Assembly: GCF_006345805.1 (NCBI RefSeq)
Contig: NC_043005.1
Location: forward strand, 88,660,001-88,724,000
Reading direction: 5' to 3'
DNA length: 64,000 bases
From: Octopus sinensis
Lineage: Eukaryota
The translations under genes were made by a program, and so were the position numbers. Below the pieces are notes generated by a model. The model was not told the DNA's origin and searched no databases. It saw nothing but the letters and a program-made list of their open reading frames with translations. This document shows positions 1 through 12,742 of this stretch, one piece after another. How positions within the stretch are numbered: the stretch's first letter is position 1; every line of letters begins with the position of its first letter.

Positions 1-458
1 ATGCCAGGTAAAATGCTTAGCGGTCTTTCGTCTGTCTTTACATTCTGAGTTCAAATTCTGCCGAGGTTGACTTTGCCTTTCATTTTTTTCCGGGGTCGAT
101 AAATTAAGTACCAGTTATGCACTGGGGTCGACATAATCAACTATCTCCGCCCACCCAAATTTCAGGCCTTGTGTCAATAGTAGAAAGGATTGTTATCATT
201 ACTATTATCATTATTATTATTGTTGTTGTTATTATTATTATTATTAAGGTGGCAAGCTGGCAGAACCGTTAGCACGATGGGTGAAATGCTTAGTGGTGTT
301 TTGTTTGTCATTACGTTCTGAGTTCAAATTCCGCCGAGGTTGACTTTGCTTTTTATCCTTTCAGGGTTGATAAATTAAGTACCAGTTGCGTACTAGGGTC
401 GATCTAATTGACTGGCCCCTCCCACAAAATTTCGGGCCTTGTGCCAAGAGTAGAAAAG
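1..458 (+). mobile_element. Two tandem copies of a tRNA-derived SINE (Nin/Deu-like central domain, ATT tail)
   Basis: A-box-like TGGCAGAACCGTTAG, B-box GAGTTCAAATTC, core CCTTTCATCCTTTCGGGGTCGATAAATTAAGTACCAG, tail GGCCTTGTG..TAGAAA. The same family recurs many times in the window. Confidence 0.85.
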
Positions 459-692
459 TATATATATACATATATAAATTATGAGTTAGAGGTTATACAA
501 CTGTCTAAGAGATAAACGTATCCGTAGGTACTACTGGTGTATTCCCTCAATATGTATAGGCCTTGCTATAATGTTAACAGCAGATGGTAATTTAAATGGT
601 AAACTGTGGTTTAGTATATTTAGATAAGAAGAGAAGGACCAGATTGTTAGCCACTACACACATTTTTTTCTCTCCTTGTTTTTTCTGTGTCC

Positions 693-728
693 CTTTCTGT
701 AGAAGAGCATAGGCTCGAAACGTAAAAG
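693..728 (+). ncRNA. Minimal hammerhead-like motif with variant core, in a Penelope-like terminal fragment (approx. 645-822)
   Basis: CTTT-CTGTAGA-A-GAGC-ATAG-GCTC-GAAAC-GTA-AAAG: stem I CTTT/AAAG, stem II GAGC/GCTC. Related copies at 30172-30207 and 44975-45010. Confidence 0.5.
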
Positions 729-1089
729 ACTTTTTCTTTTCCCGAGCGTTATACTAATACATCTGTTTGTTATGTACACCACCTGTCTTTGTCTTTAGTT
801 TTTTTTCGTAAACTCTCCCTATGTATATTTATATATATGGTCCTTGTTTAAGGGAAACTGTTCAAGTGATTTTAGTAGCAAATAAAATAAAAATAAAATA
901 AAGTTAAAAACTAATGGCATAATCAGAAACATTATGTTAATTTGGTGCCACTTAATTCTGATAGTAATTTTGGAAACCTCAGGAAACCCATAAATATTGC
1001 AGTGGCAACGTCAGGGTGGCATGGTAAGAGGGGTGGTTGATGAATAATTCAGGATATTGATGTCATGATATTGGTTGAATGAATAGATT

Positions 1090-1511
1090 ATGTGTGTGTG
1101 TGTGTGTGTATACATACACACCCACACAAAATATCTACATAGATGTGTTTGTTTCTGTCGATGTATAAATACATAGACATACAAACACACACACATATAT
1201 ATACATACACACACATTACACATTTATATGTGCGTGTGTATATATGTATAGAATTATCTGCAGATTTGTAGGTTATATGTATGTATGTATGCATGTATGT
1301 ATGTATATATCTATGTATGCATGTATATGTAGACATATGTAAAACATGCACACACATTTAGTCAAACACACCATACACATATAAGAGAGGTCGTAGAGTT
1401 GCATACAATCATTACACCCTTAAAACTGTGCATACACGTCTTCTGTTTTAGTGTTTAGAAGTCTCTCTTTATATGTGTACACATGTTCACTGTGTGTGTG
1501 TCTGGGTATGT

Positions 1512-1550
<39 letters not shown>

Positions 1551-1932
1551 TGTGTACATGTGAGCATGTTGCAAGCATGTGTGTGTTGTGTGCACATGTG
1601 CATCTGTGTGAGTATGTGTGTCTAATCTGCTGTGTGCATATGTGTGTGTGTCTGTTGCATGAGTGTGTGTGTGTGTGTGTATGTCTGTTGTATGTGTGTG
1701 TGTGTTGTGTATCTGTCTGCTGTGTGCGTATGTGTATGTCTGTTGCATGTGTGTGTGTATGTGTTAATGTGTAGCTGTGTGAATACGTGTGTCTGCTGAG
1801 TGCATATGTGTGTGTGTGTGTATGCATTGCGTCTGTGTGTGTGTGCATGTCTGTGTGAGTACGTGTGTGTGTATATCTGTTGCATGTGTGTATTTGTTGC
1901 GTCTGAATGTGTGTCTGTCTGCTGTATGTGTG
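1090..1932. repeat. Compound (TG/CA)n microsatellite field
   Basis: Seen directly; explains the H/T- and C/V-rich ORFs here. Confidence 0.95.
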
Positions 1933-2544
1933 AAGTTCTCTTTTATTTTACATCTTTCTTTCTTCTCTTCTCTCTCTCCCTCTCTCTTTAACGAGGGGTT
2001 GCAAGTTGATATTCGTAAATTATCAAACAGTCATTATAAATTATTGATTGACAAAAACCTGGTGAACTGGCAGAATCATTAGAGTGGTGGCAGAAGATGC
2101 TTCACACTATTTGCTGCAGCTCTTTATGTTCTGAGTTCAAATCTTGCTGAGGTCAACTTAACCTTTCATTCGTCTGGGGGTCAATCTAATACGGGACCAA
2201 TCAAGTACTGGGACTCTGGGTATATACTTAGCCCCTCCCACCAAATGCTTAAATCAGAAGCCATTATTATTATTATTATTATTTTTCTTTTTACTAGTTA
2301 TGAAAGTAAAAACTGATGATGCCATTTTATGCAAATGAGAACACAGGATTCCCTCCTTTATATTTTTGAATTTCTGTGTTTCTGCAGTTTTTCCCACTTG
2401 ACATTTTGAACCTGAAGAAGGCAGACAATCTCTTGAAAGATCATTTAAACTGTTAAATAAACAATCATGATGATGGTGATGATGATGATGATGATGATGA
2501 TTGTTTATTTAAATCGCAATGTGCTTTCCTTATTATTACAGTGG

Positions 2545-3080
2545 TAAGGTGGCGAACTAGCAGAAACGTTAGCAAGCTGGGGGAAATGCTTAGTGGTATT
2601 TTGTCTGTCTTTATGTTCTGAGTTCAAATTCTGCCGAGGTCGACTTTGCCTGTCATCCTTTCAGGGTCGATAAATGAAGCACCAGTTCCGTACTGGTGTC
2701 GATCTAATTGACTGGCCCCCCTCCCCCAAAATTTTGGGCTTTATGCCTAGAGTAGAAAAGATTATTATTTAGGTGGTGAGCTGGCAGAATCATTAGCATG
2801 ACAGACAAAATGCTTACAGCATTTCATCCATCTGCATGTTCTGAGTTCAAATTCCACTAAGGTTGACTTTGCCTTTCATCCTTTCGGGGTCAATAAATTA
2901 AGTACCAGTTGCGTACTGGGGTCAATGTAATTGACTTGTCCTCTCCCCACAAATTTTCAGGCCTTGTGCCTATAGTAGAAAGGATTATTATTATTATTAT
3001 TATTATTATTAAGGCAGTGAGCTGATAGAATCATTGGATTGTTGGATAAAATGTTTTGCAATATTTCGTCTGTCTTTACA
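2545..3080 (+). mobile_element. Cluster of three Nin/Deu-like SINE copies (third truncated)
   Basis: Repeated head AAGGYRGYGAGCTGGCAGAA, shared core, (ATT)n spacers. Confidence 0.85.
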
Positions 3081-3084
3081 GAAC

Positions 3085-4165
3085 TGGTAGATTCCCAGTT
3101 CTGCCAGTTGAGCAGTGGTAGCACTGCTAAAAATGGACTCAAACAAAGGGGGTCACATTACTCAACTAAATGCAGATTTTAGAATTTTGGCTAAGGTGTT
3201 AGCAAGGAGTCAGCACTTGTCATCAAGGGTCTGATTAGTGGTACATAAACATGCGCCATCCCAGGCAAATCTATCCATGACAACCACTACCTCATGCAAT
3301 ACATCATAGAGAAAGAAGGTCAGTAATGAAGCTGGAACAGGTTGTTCTCTGATTAATTTAGATCAATCTAAAACCTTTGATAGCACTGACCATCAAAACT
3401 TGGTGGCTGTTCTCATGGCAACCAGTTTCAGTCTCGTCTTCTGCAGTTAGATTAGTGCAATGTACAGCAATGTCTGCTCACTGGTTTGTGTGAATGATTA
3501 TCCATGGGAACCATTCAGCATCTTGCATTTGGTCCATCAAGGTTGACCTTTTCATCTCTTCTATATGTATTGGTTCTAGAGCCACTGTTGAGTAAAGCTA
3601 AAGTGATTCAGGAACGTGCAGCTTGAACTAGGACATGGGAGAACCGTATCAGCATACATGGACTCTGTCACTGCCATAGTGTTGGACCCCAAGCTTGACT
3701 GGAATATGAGAGGGTGACAGTAGCAAAACACCAACCAAGGAAATTCAGTGGACCTGCAGCTCAGCACCTGGAGAGGCAGGTCCATGCCCTCCAACCATGT
3801 TGAGGGATGCTGGACAGAGGGACCAGTTAAATTGCTTGGGGTCTGGTTTGGTCCAGATCTCCTCAAGGAGAAATGTGTTGAGAGAAAGCTTTCTCTGAAA
3901 GGTCAAGCGGAGGTGACAACTGCATATATCACCTCCAACATATATTACTACCTGACTGTTGTACCTTGCTCCAGTTCATGCCTGATCAGACTGGAGCATG
4001 TATTCTTCTTCTTTCTGTAAAAGGGTTACATTCTATTGGTTAAGAACTCCATTATCTGTCAAACCTACTGAATGGAGGATCGGGCATGCAGTGAAAGATA
4101 ATGTGCAAACATGTACTAAGGCTGCAACATCTCCAGTGTTTCTTTGATGGTGAACACATTTGTCA
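3085..4165 (+). pseudogene. Degraded L1/Tx1-clade LINE reverse transcriptase fragment
   Basis: Interrupted translation gives ITQLNADFRILAKVLA, CAIPGKSIHDN, LINLDQSKTFD, LYVLVLEPLL and VKLLGVWFGPDL. Confidence 0.85.
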
Positions 4166-4326
4166 GAATAATAATAATAATCCTTTCTATTATAAATACA
4201 AGGCCTGAAATTTTGGGGAAGGGGAATAGTTGATTACATTGATCCCAGTACATAACTGGTACTTAATTTATTGACCCCAAAAGGATGAAAAGCAAAATCG
4301 ACCTCAGTGGAATAATAATAATAATA

Positions 4327-4860
4327 AATGCCCTGATGCAGTACCAGGCAGTGGCTCTCATGGCTTTTGATCTTAACTGATTGGAAGTGTTATCATGTAT
4401 ATTGTTTTGTCTTGGTATAAAAGATGGGCTACAGCAAATATTCTGCTCAATACCACAGATTTGCTTGTCAATTGTTTGACCTTCACCAGTTGAGCATATC
4501 TCTTAGTGGCTGACGATATGTGCATCTCTGATCACGAGCAGAAGTAGTTGGGGAGCAAAATAGCCATGTGTTGGGAGGAATTCTTTGGGGTTTGGATAAT
4601 TCACCTTGAAAACACAGATGTTTAGTTCTATATCCTTAAACAACCCTTATTCAGGGACCTTTTGAGTAGGATGGGCTAGTCAACCTGAAGGAAATTCTAA
4701 CTGGGTCTCACTTGCAAGGAGATCACTATGTTGCGCAGATATGGTTGTGATGCATGTGCTTAGTGTACCCTTATCAGACGGGTAGTCATGATGGGTATAC
4801 TGGGCTTTGTATATTTTACCCCAGTGTCACTTTGATGGCAGGCACTGCTCTCTCACTCAA
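4327..4860 (+). mobile_element. Unclassified approx. 530-bp interspersed element embedded in (TAA)n
   Basis: Flanked on both sides by (TAA)n. An inverted second copy lies at approx. 55585-56039 with the same terminus abutting (TAA)n. Confidence 0.75.
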
Positions 4861-4862
4861 TA

Positions 4863-4908
<46 letters not shown>

Positions 4909-5209
4909 TTGATTTCTTTTATTTTCCACTAAAGTGAAGGATGAGGGGAACAATAGAAAGACAGATACAAAGTGTTGGGGTTTATGTACAATGGAATGGT
5001 TAAAAAAAAAAAGAGAAAAGTGTACACAATATACAATAAAAGGGAAGTATATGAGAGTAAGAGAGATAGAGGGAGAGTAGGAGAAAAAAGTCGATAGTGA
5101 TGTGGTCCCATTAATAGAGGAGGACCTCTAAGGATAATTGGGGAGCCCACTATACAAGATCTCCCTGAATACCAAGGGAAAGTGCCCTCTCCAATTCTAT
5201 TCCTCCTAA

Positions 5210-5332
5210 GGAGAAGAAAAAGAAGAAAATGAAGAAGAGAAAGAAAAAGAATTTGAAGAAGAAGAAGAAGAAGAAGAAGAAGAAGAAGAAGAAGAAGAAG
5301 AAGAAGAAGAAGAAGAAGAATTTGAAGAAGAA
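5210..5332. repeat. (GAA)n microsatellite
   Basis: Seen directly. Confidence 0.95.
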
Positions 5333-5596
5333 GTGTTGCTGCTGATGATATAGAAGCAGGAAGAAGCCTAGAAGAGAAAATCTATGTTGGAAAAGATATT
5401 TATGTAACAATATTAATTCATGTTAAATTTAGTTGTTTTTGTTGTTGTTGTTGTCATGAGTGTCACCATAGAACGTGTTGATAAAATGGCAATGTGTGGC
5501 CTTGGCATCATCTGTTATGCAGGATTCAGAGTTTCTATGGTGACAAAGTAGAGAAAACAATTTGATTAAAGAATGGAAATCTCAAGTTGAACACAA

Positions 5597-5671
<75 letters not shown>

Positions 5672-6166
5672 CAACAACAATAATGATAAATTTTCATATC
5701 AGAGAATGAACAGTAACACATATTCACACAGAAAACAAACACACACATACGGATATTCATACACACACTACACTTGAACACACACACACACATGTACATG
5801 CACACTCAATCATTCACACATAAAAATTCATTCACAGAAACACAATAATAGATTCATACACACACACACACATTCATAAGAAACACAATTCCACAGATTT
5901 ATTCACAAACACACATACACCCTTCCACATACATAAACACACATATTCATACACTAACAACTAGACAGAGTTACAAACGCAAGTACATTTACTGCCCCAG
6001 GGAGACACATATTCATCCATTCGTGTACATCCATACACCAACAAACACACATGGATTCATCTTCAACTATGTTTACACTCATGCATTCCTCTACACATAA
6101 AACACACACCCATTTATACGTGCACGAAAATCCACACATTTATTCACACACTCGAATGCACATACG

Positions 6167-6200
<34 letters not shown>

Positions 6201-6894
6201 TGTATTCATTGATACATCTACACAAAAACACATCAATACACCCACAAGATTTACCTACATAGACCCACAAACACATACATTCCTATGCACACACAAGTGT
6301 AGTCATATATACACACACATGCAAACACTTTCATCCACACACAAAAATCTCACATATTCATCGATGCACCCACAAACAGAATCATCAACATAAACACACA
6401 GACACACACACACACACAGTTTATTTATCAATCAATCTAACATTTTCCAATTCTCTTCACTCAGTCAGACAGTCTCTGTCTCTCACTCTCTCTCACTCTT
6501 ATTACTCTGTCTTTCTCTCCTCCCATTTCTCTCATCATTCACGTTAATGCTTAAATAATCTCCCACAAACGGTTTCGAGAAGGCTACATGTGCTTGGTCT
6601 TCTACTAAATCTGTCCTGACCAAACAATTCTTGACATCATTGTAGTGTGGGCGGGCCTCCAGGGCCAGTTCCCTTGGGTACAAAATATAAAATGAAAGCA
6701 AAGAACAATATCGCATTAATAGTAAATGATAAAACAGCACCCTGTGCCCCCACAATATTTGTCCTGTTGCTGAGGGTTAGCACCCCATTCTGTGTCATTA
6801 ATTCTTGGGTCTACCCACCACAAATGTCCTTGGAAAAATCCCAAAGTCAAAAAGTCTCATTTTTCTCTCTCTCACCTCCCACACACTTGCATTC

Positions 6895-7402
6895 GAGAAG
6901 AGTACAACTGTTGAGCGAATCTGTAATTAAGAATAGGGAGGAGCGAGCCTGTTTTCTCTCTGTAGTTGCTGTGGCGAGATAGGTAGTATGGAAGACGAGA
7001 GTGATAGGAATTGCAACAGGCATGTTCATCTCCATTCTCGAGCTAATTGACTTTTTCGTTTTCCACATGAAACGGAAAATAAGGCTGGAGAAGAAATGCC
7101 TGTCACAAAGTGTTTCGTAAAAGATGGAAGTCTGTAGCAAGTATGTTGCAAGTGAAAGAACCTGTTTAAATGAGAATGTAAAAAAGGAGAAAGCTAAGTC
7201 TTCAGTGTAAGTATGTGGTTTGTGGGGTCGACTGCATCCTCTGCTTCATTTTTTGTTAATCACTCATTCTCATTTAATTGTATATATATTTAATTGTTTG
7301 TTTATTCATACGTTTCGTCTCATTCGATACCCTGACCCCGTTTGTTTTGTCTGTCCTCATATCATCCCCTCTTTTTCTCAACCTCATGGTTAATAAAGAA
7401 AT
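6895..7402 (+). mobile_element. 3' end of an L1/Tx1 LINE (ORF2 C-terminus plus 3' UTR)
   Basis: RVQLLSESVIK..ACFLSVVAVAR*VVWKTR..FFVFHMKRKIRLEK..RW, then a pyrimidine-rich UTR ending AATAAAGAAATA. Confidence 0.7.
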
Positions 7403-7789
7403 ACTCTATTGGTTCTCAATCAGGGTGTCCATATGAACCCTAAAGGTCCACATAAAATTTTGGAGGGTCCGTGCAAGCAAAGCATGGGGGCGCATGGCTC
7501 AGTGTTTGTGGGGTGTTGGATTCATGATTGTAAGATTGTAGTTTCAATTCTTAGACCAGACAATGTATTGTGTTCTTGGGCAAGACACTTCATTTCATGT
7601 TGCTCCAGTCCACTCGGCTGGTAGAAGTGAATAATCAAGTGAATGTTGTGGTGCACCTGAGCACTGTATACAATAATTTCATTATTATTATTATTTAATC
7701 CAGTGATGGACTGATGTCCTGTTCAGGGAGGAACATAATGACGAGCTTAATTTCAAAATCAAATATATGCATCGGAATTCCCTTGCCTT

Positions 7790-8105
7790 GACTGGCTCCT
7801 GGGCCGGTGGCATGTAAACGCACCATCCAAATGTGGTCAATGCCAGCCCTCTCTGGCCACTGTGCCAGTGGCACGTAAAAGCACCATCCAAATGTGGTCG
7901 ATGCCAGCCCCCTCTGGACCCTGTGCCAGTGGCACTTAAAAAGCACCCTCTACACTCTGGGAGTGGTTGGCGTTAGGAAGGGCATCCAGCTGTAGAAACC
8001 TTGCCAGATCAGATTGGAGCCTGGTGCAGCATCTTGGCTTCCCAGACCCCCAGTCAAACCGTCCAACCCATGACAGCATGGAAAGCAGACGTTAAACGAT
8101 GATGG
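7790..8105 (+). mobile_element. RTE-LINE 3' UTR fragment with (GAT)n tail
   Basis: GGTTGGCGTTAGGAAGGGCATCCAGCTGTAGAAAC..GACGTTAAACGATGATG. The same UTR is attached to RTE coding sequence at 17328-18340. Confidence 0.8.
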
Positions 8106-8717
8106 ACGAATTATGAGTAATTGTTTAAAACAACATCTTGAACATAACTGATTTTGATTGGAAGACTTAAGATTCGCCTCCTGTCTTATATATGGCATCT
8201 ATCCCAGTTTGACTGAGAAACATTTCACGTGCATGAAGCCAGCAGCTTGCAGATTGTGTGTTAATGGTTATCATGAAATCTACCAAATATGCAAATATTT
8301 TGAAGTAAGTATATGCCAGAAAAACCAGAAAACTGGTTCTATGCTCTCTATGTAGTAATGTGGACTAACAATGCAAGCCTGGGGATCAAGTACTTTAAGA
8401 GTCCATGAAGAAATAGCTTGCTTTAGGTATATTCATTGCAAGAAACAGCTAGGTTTCTTTCTTCAATAATACAGTTCTATATTTAAGAGATGAGGAATTA
8501 CATACATTATTTACATAATGTAAATAATGTACATAATTCCTCATCTCTTAAATATAGAACTGTACTATCTAATCGGTACGAAGACAACATTAGACTTCAA
8601 TAGAGACATACAGAGAAACTCCATCAAAAACTAACTAGTGTTAACAGCAAACAAGATGAGCACAAATATCCATCAAATGTAAATAATGTTCTTTCTTCAA
8701 TATTTTGTATAGCTTAA

Positions 8718-9797
8718 CCATTTTGTTACTAACCCAGCTGAAACTGCCTCTGGCTCTGTAGTACAAATGTCTTGTTTTCATAAGTTTTGAATTAAAATCT
8801 TCCACCAAACCTTAGTCACAATTTATGTTCCTAACACTAGCTTAATGTTAACTAAGTTATTTTACTAAATTCTTTGTTATATTTAAAATTAATTGAAAGA
8901 AACACAGCATCTCAACAGAAATATGGTCACAAAAGGCTTAAAATATATAATAGAGAAACAATTCTTAACTCTTTCAATACCAACCTGGCTGAAACTGCCT
9001 CTGGCTCTGTAGTAAAAATGTCTTATTTTCATAAGTTTTGAATTAAAATCTTCCACCAAACCTTAGTCACAATTTATGTTTATAACACTGGCTGAATGAT
9101 AACTAAATTATTTTACTAAATTCTTTGTTATCATCATCATCATCATCATCGTTTAACGTCCGCTTTCCATGCTGGCATGGGTTGAATGATTTGACTGAGG
9201 TCGGGTGAACCAGATGGCTGCACCAGGCTCCAGTCTGCTCTGGCAGAGTTTCTACAGCTGGATGCCCTTCCTAATGCCAACCACTCCGAGAGTGTAGTGG
9301 GTGCTTTTACGTGCCACCGGCACGAGGGCCAGTCAGGTGGTACTGGCAACAGCCACGCTCAAATGGTGTTTTTGTCAGATAAATGTATATCATTAGCATA
9401 CAACTGTGTGGCTGAACCCATAGCTTTGCAATCACATGGTTTTGAGTTAAGTCCGAAAACCATGTGATTTAAAATTATATTTAAAGTTGTATTTAAAACT
9501 AATTGAAAGAAACACAGAGCATCTCAGCAGAAATATGGTAACAAAAGGATTAAAGTCACCATTTATACTACAGAGCCAGAGGTGGTTTCAGCCAGGTAAA
9601 ACCACCTCTGGCTCTGTAGTATAAATGTCTTGTTTACATAAGTTTTGAATCAAAATCTTCCACCAAACCATAGCCACAATTTATGTTCCTAACACTAGCT
9701 TAATGATAACTAAGTTATTTTACTAAATTCTTTGTTATATTTAAAATTAATTGGAAGAAACACAGAGCATCTCAACAGAAATACAGTAACGAAAGGG
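8718..9797. mobile_element. Three tandem piggyBac-like MITE copies (approx. 220 bp each); the second is interrupted by an RTE tail
   Basis: TTAA-CC(A/T)TTT...AAAGG(G/C/A)-TTAA termini, with the internal sequence repeated three times. Confidence 0.7.
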
Positions 9798-10448
9798 TTA
9801 ACATGTTTCCAGCCACTGAAATATGTTCTCTCGGAGAGTGCAACTGCAAACCTGCACAAAGGAAGAATTTTGAAAGAAGGATGTATAAAACTAGTTTTTA
9901 AACATTAAATGGCTACAGGGGTCCATGAGAATAAAACAGGAATCAAAGGGGTCTACAGGTAAAGGAAAAAAAAGTCCCAATGCCATCATTATTGTTATTT
10001 TAAACAGATTTTTCAGTTTGTGGGTGGGAGACGGTCTTATAGCACTTCGCCATTCACAGCAGCCCTTTTTCTGGTATGTTCTGCAACAGAGAAAACTGAG
10101 ACTATCATTTTGCCATTTGTAGTGTTCAGGAATGGCTGTGTGGTTAAGAAGTTTGCTTCTCAACCATGGGGTTTCAAGTTCAGTTCCATTGTGCAGTACC
10201 TTGGGCAAATTGTTTTCTACTATAGCCCTGGGCTGACCAAAGCTTTGTGAGTGGATTTCATAGATGGAAACTGAAATAAACCCACACACACCACAAATAT
10301 GACCTTTAGTTCTATAAACTTATACTTCTTCACGAAATATATGAATATTTCACTCGGCACAGGCATGGCTGTATGGTAAGTATCTTCTACTATAGCCTTG
10401 GGATGACCGAAGTGGATTTGGTAGATGGAAACTGAAAGTAGTTCATCT

Positions 10449-10484
<36 letters not shown>

Positions 10485-12325
10485 TGTGTGTGTGTGTGTG
10501 TGTTTTGTGTATTTATATTGCCATAACTTAGCAGTTTGGCAAAAGAGACTGATAGAACAAGTACTAGGCTTGAAAAAAATAATAGATTCCCTTGTTCGAA
10601 AATATAAGGACACAGATCATGTTGTATAGCCAGCTGGAGACAATGTCTCCTGGGGCTAAATTATAGCAACATTTGTCCTAAAACCAGGACTGCCATGTTA
10701 TGTTGGCAAATAATCTTTACTCCAAAGTACTGTTGCGGAATATCTCTCGTTGTGAGATTTACAAATAGTAATTTTCTAATTGAAAAAATAAGTTGTGGAG
10801 TCAATTTGTTCAACTAGAACCCTTCAAAGCATTGCCCCAGGATGGCCACGGTCAAATGAGTGAAACAAGTAAAAAAGAGGTAATTAAAAGTCTTCCAGGT
10901 TTCAAGAAAACCCTTTACTGGTTTAAATGAAGAAAGACATCGCTGATGCCAAAGCCAAAAGGTAAAACATTCTTGAGAAACAAAAGACATCAAATACATC
11001 TTTTACTTGTTTCAGTCATCAGACTGTGGCCATGCTGCAGCACCACCTCAAAGAATTTTAGTTGAATGAACCAACCTCAGTTTGTTTATTATTTTTTTAC
11101 GCCAGGTAATTATTCCATAAGTCTCTTGATGAACCACAAAGTTACAGGGATATAAACAGACCAACACTGGTTGCTAAGCAGTGATGGAGGTAAACACAGG
11201 AACACACACACATATATGATGGGCTTCTTTCAGTTTCCATCAACCAAATCCACTCACAAGGGTTTGGTTGGCCTGAGGTTATAGAGGACATTTGCCCAAG
11301 GTGCCATACAATAAGACTGAACTCAGATCCATTTGGTTGGGAAGCAATCTTCTTACTACACAGCCATCAACTTAGGGTGATGCACTCAGCAGATCTTGTC
11401 TTGTGAATGGTACCACACCATGTCTATGGCTTCGACCACTTAACTCAGCTTTGAGTTGGAACCATAGAAATAATATAAATCATGGCATCGACTACATTGC
11501 AGTACAATGTAGAATAACGAACAATATTCCAATTTGATTCTAAGATGTCAGAAGTCTTTTAAACGGTTTTTATTCACCAAATCTTTAGAGTATCATGGAT
11601 TAGCCATTTGTGGAATGAAGGCATCGAACGAATTTCCTTTTGCCAGTCAGCTATTTCGAAATCAATTCAGAAAACGGCAGTTGTATTGTTATGGCCGTGA
11701 GAACCAAGGAAGTTGTTCTAAGTTGCCATAGAAACTACTAATAGATCTCAGGTCATAGGAATGGAAAATACAAAGAAAAAAAGAATGAAAAAGAAGAATC
11801 TGAAAGGGATCAGGAGAAATAAATGATAACCTTTAATGATGCTGAATATGTAACGAACTGATGTAGAAAGCAACTGTTTAAGGGTTTAAGGGCAATAGGT
11901 ATCTAATGAGATGGAGAGAAAGGGACAAGAGGGAACAATATGGGATGACTTCCTGCCTAAAGAGTTCATGATGAATAATGATGATGATGATGATGATGAT
12001 GATGGTAGTGGTGGTGAAGATGGTGGCTGTGGTGATGATGGTGACAATAACAATAATGATGATGATAATGGTGATGATTATGATGATGAGACGACAATAA
12101 TAATGGCAATGATAATAATAATGATGATGATGATGGTGAAGATAATTGCTGCAGATGTTGCTGGAATACTTCTATAACAAGTTCTTTATGTTCAATAGCA
12201 TTCCACCAATGACCATCACAAGTTATTTTATGACACCATATAGTTTACCTAAGAATACATCATCAAATGTGTTCTTCCATAAAACAATGGGCATGCATTT
12301 TGAGGAAGACCTTGCTGCTATTTCT

Positions 12326-12742
12326 TATTTCTTCACTGCCCACAAGGGGCTACACAGAGAGGGGACAAACAAGGACAGACAAATGGATTAAGTCGATTAT
12401 ATCGATCCCCAGTGCATAACTGGTACTTAATTTATTGACCCTGAAAGGATGAAAGGCAAAGTCGACCTCGGCGGAATTTGAACTCAGAATGTAGCGGCAG
12501 ACGAAATACCTATTTCTTTACTACCCACAAGGGGCTAAACACAGAGAGGACAAACAAGGACAGACAAATGGATTAAGTCGATTATATCAACCCCAGAGCG
12601 TAACTGGTGCTTAATTTATTGACCCCAAAAGGATGAAAGACAAAGTCGACCTCGGTGGAATTTGAACTCAGAACGTAAAGACAGACGAAATGCCGCTTAG
12701 CATTTCGCCCAGCGTGCTAACGTTTCTGCCAGCTCGCCGCCT
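12326..12742 (-). mobile_element. Nin/Deu-like SINE, Tx1-tail variant, head plus two body units
   Basis: Body repeated after GACGAAATACC; approximate TSD CTTG(C/T)TGCTATTTCT. Confidence 0.85.
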
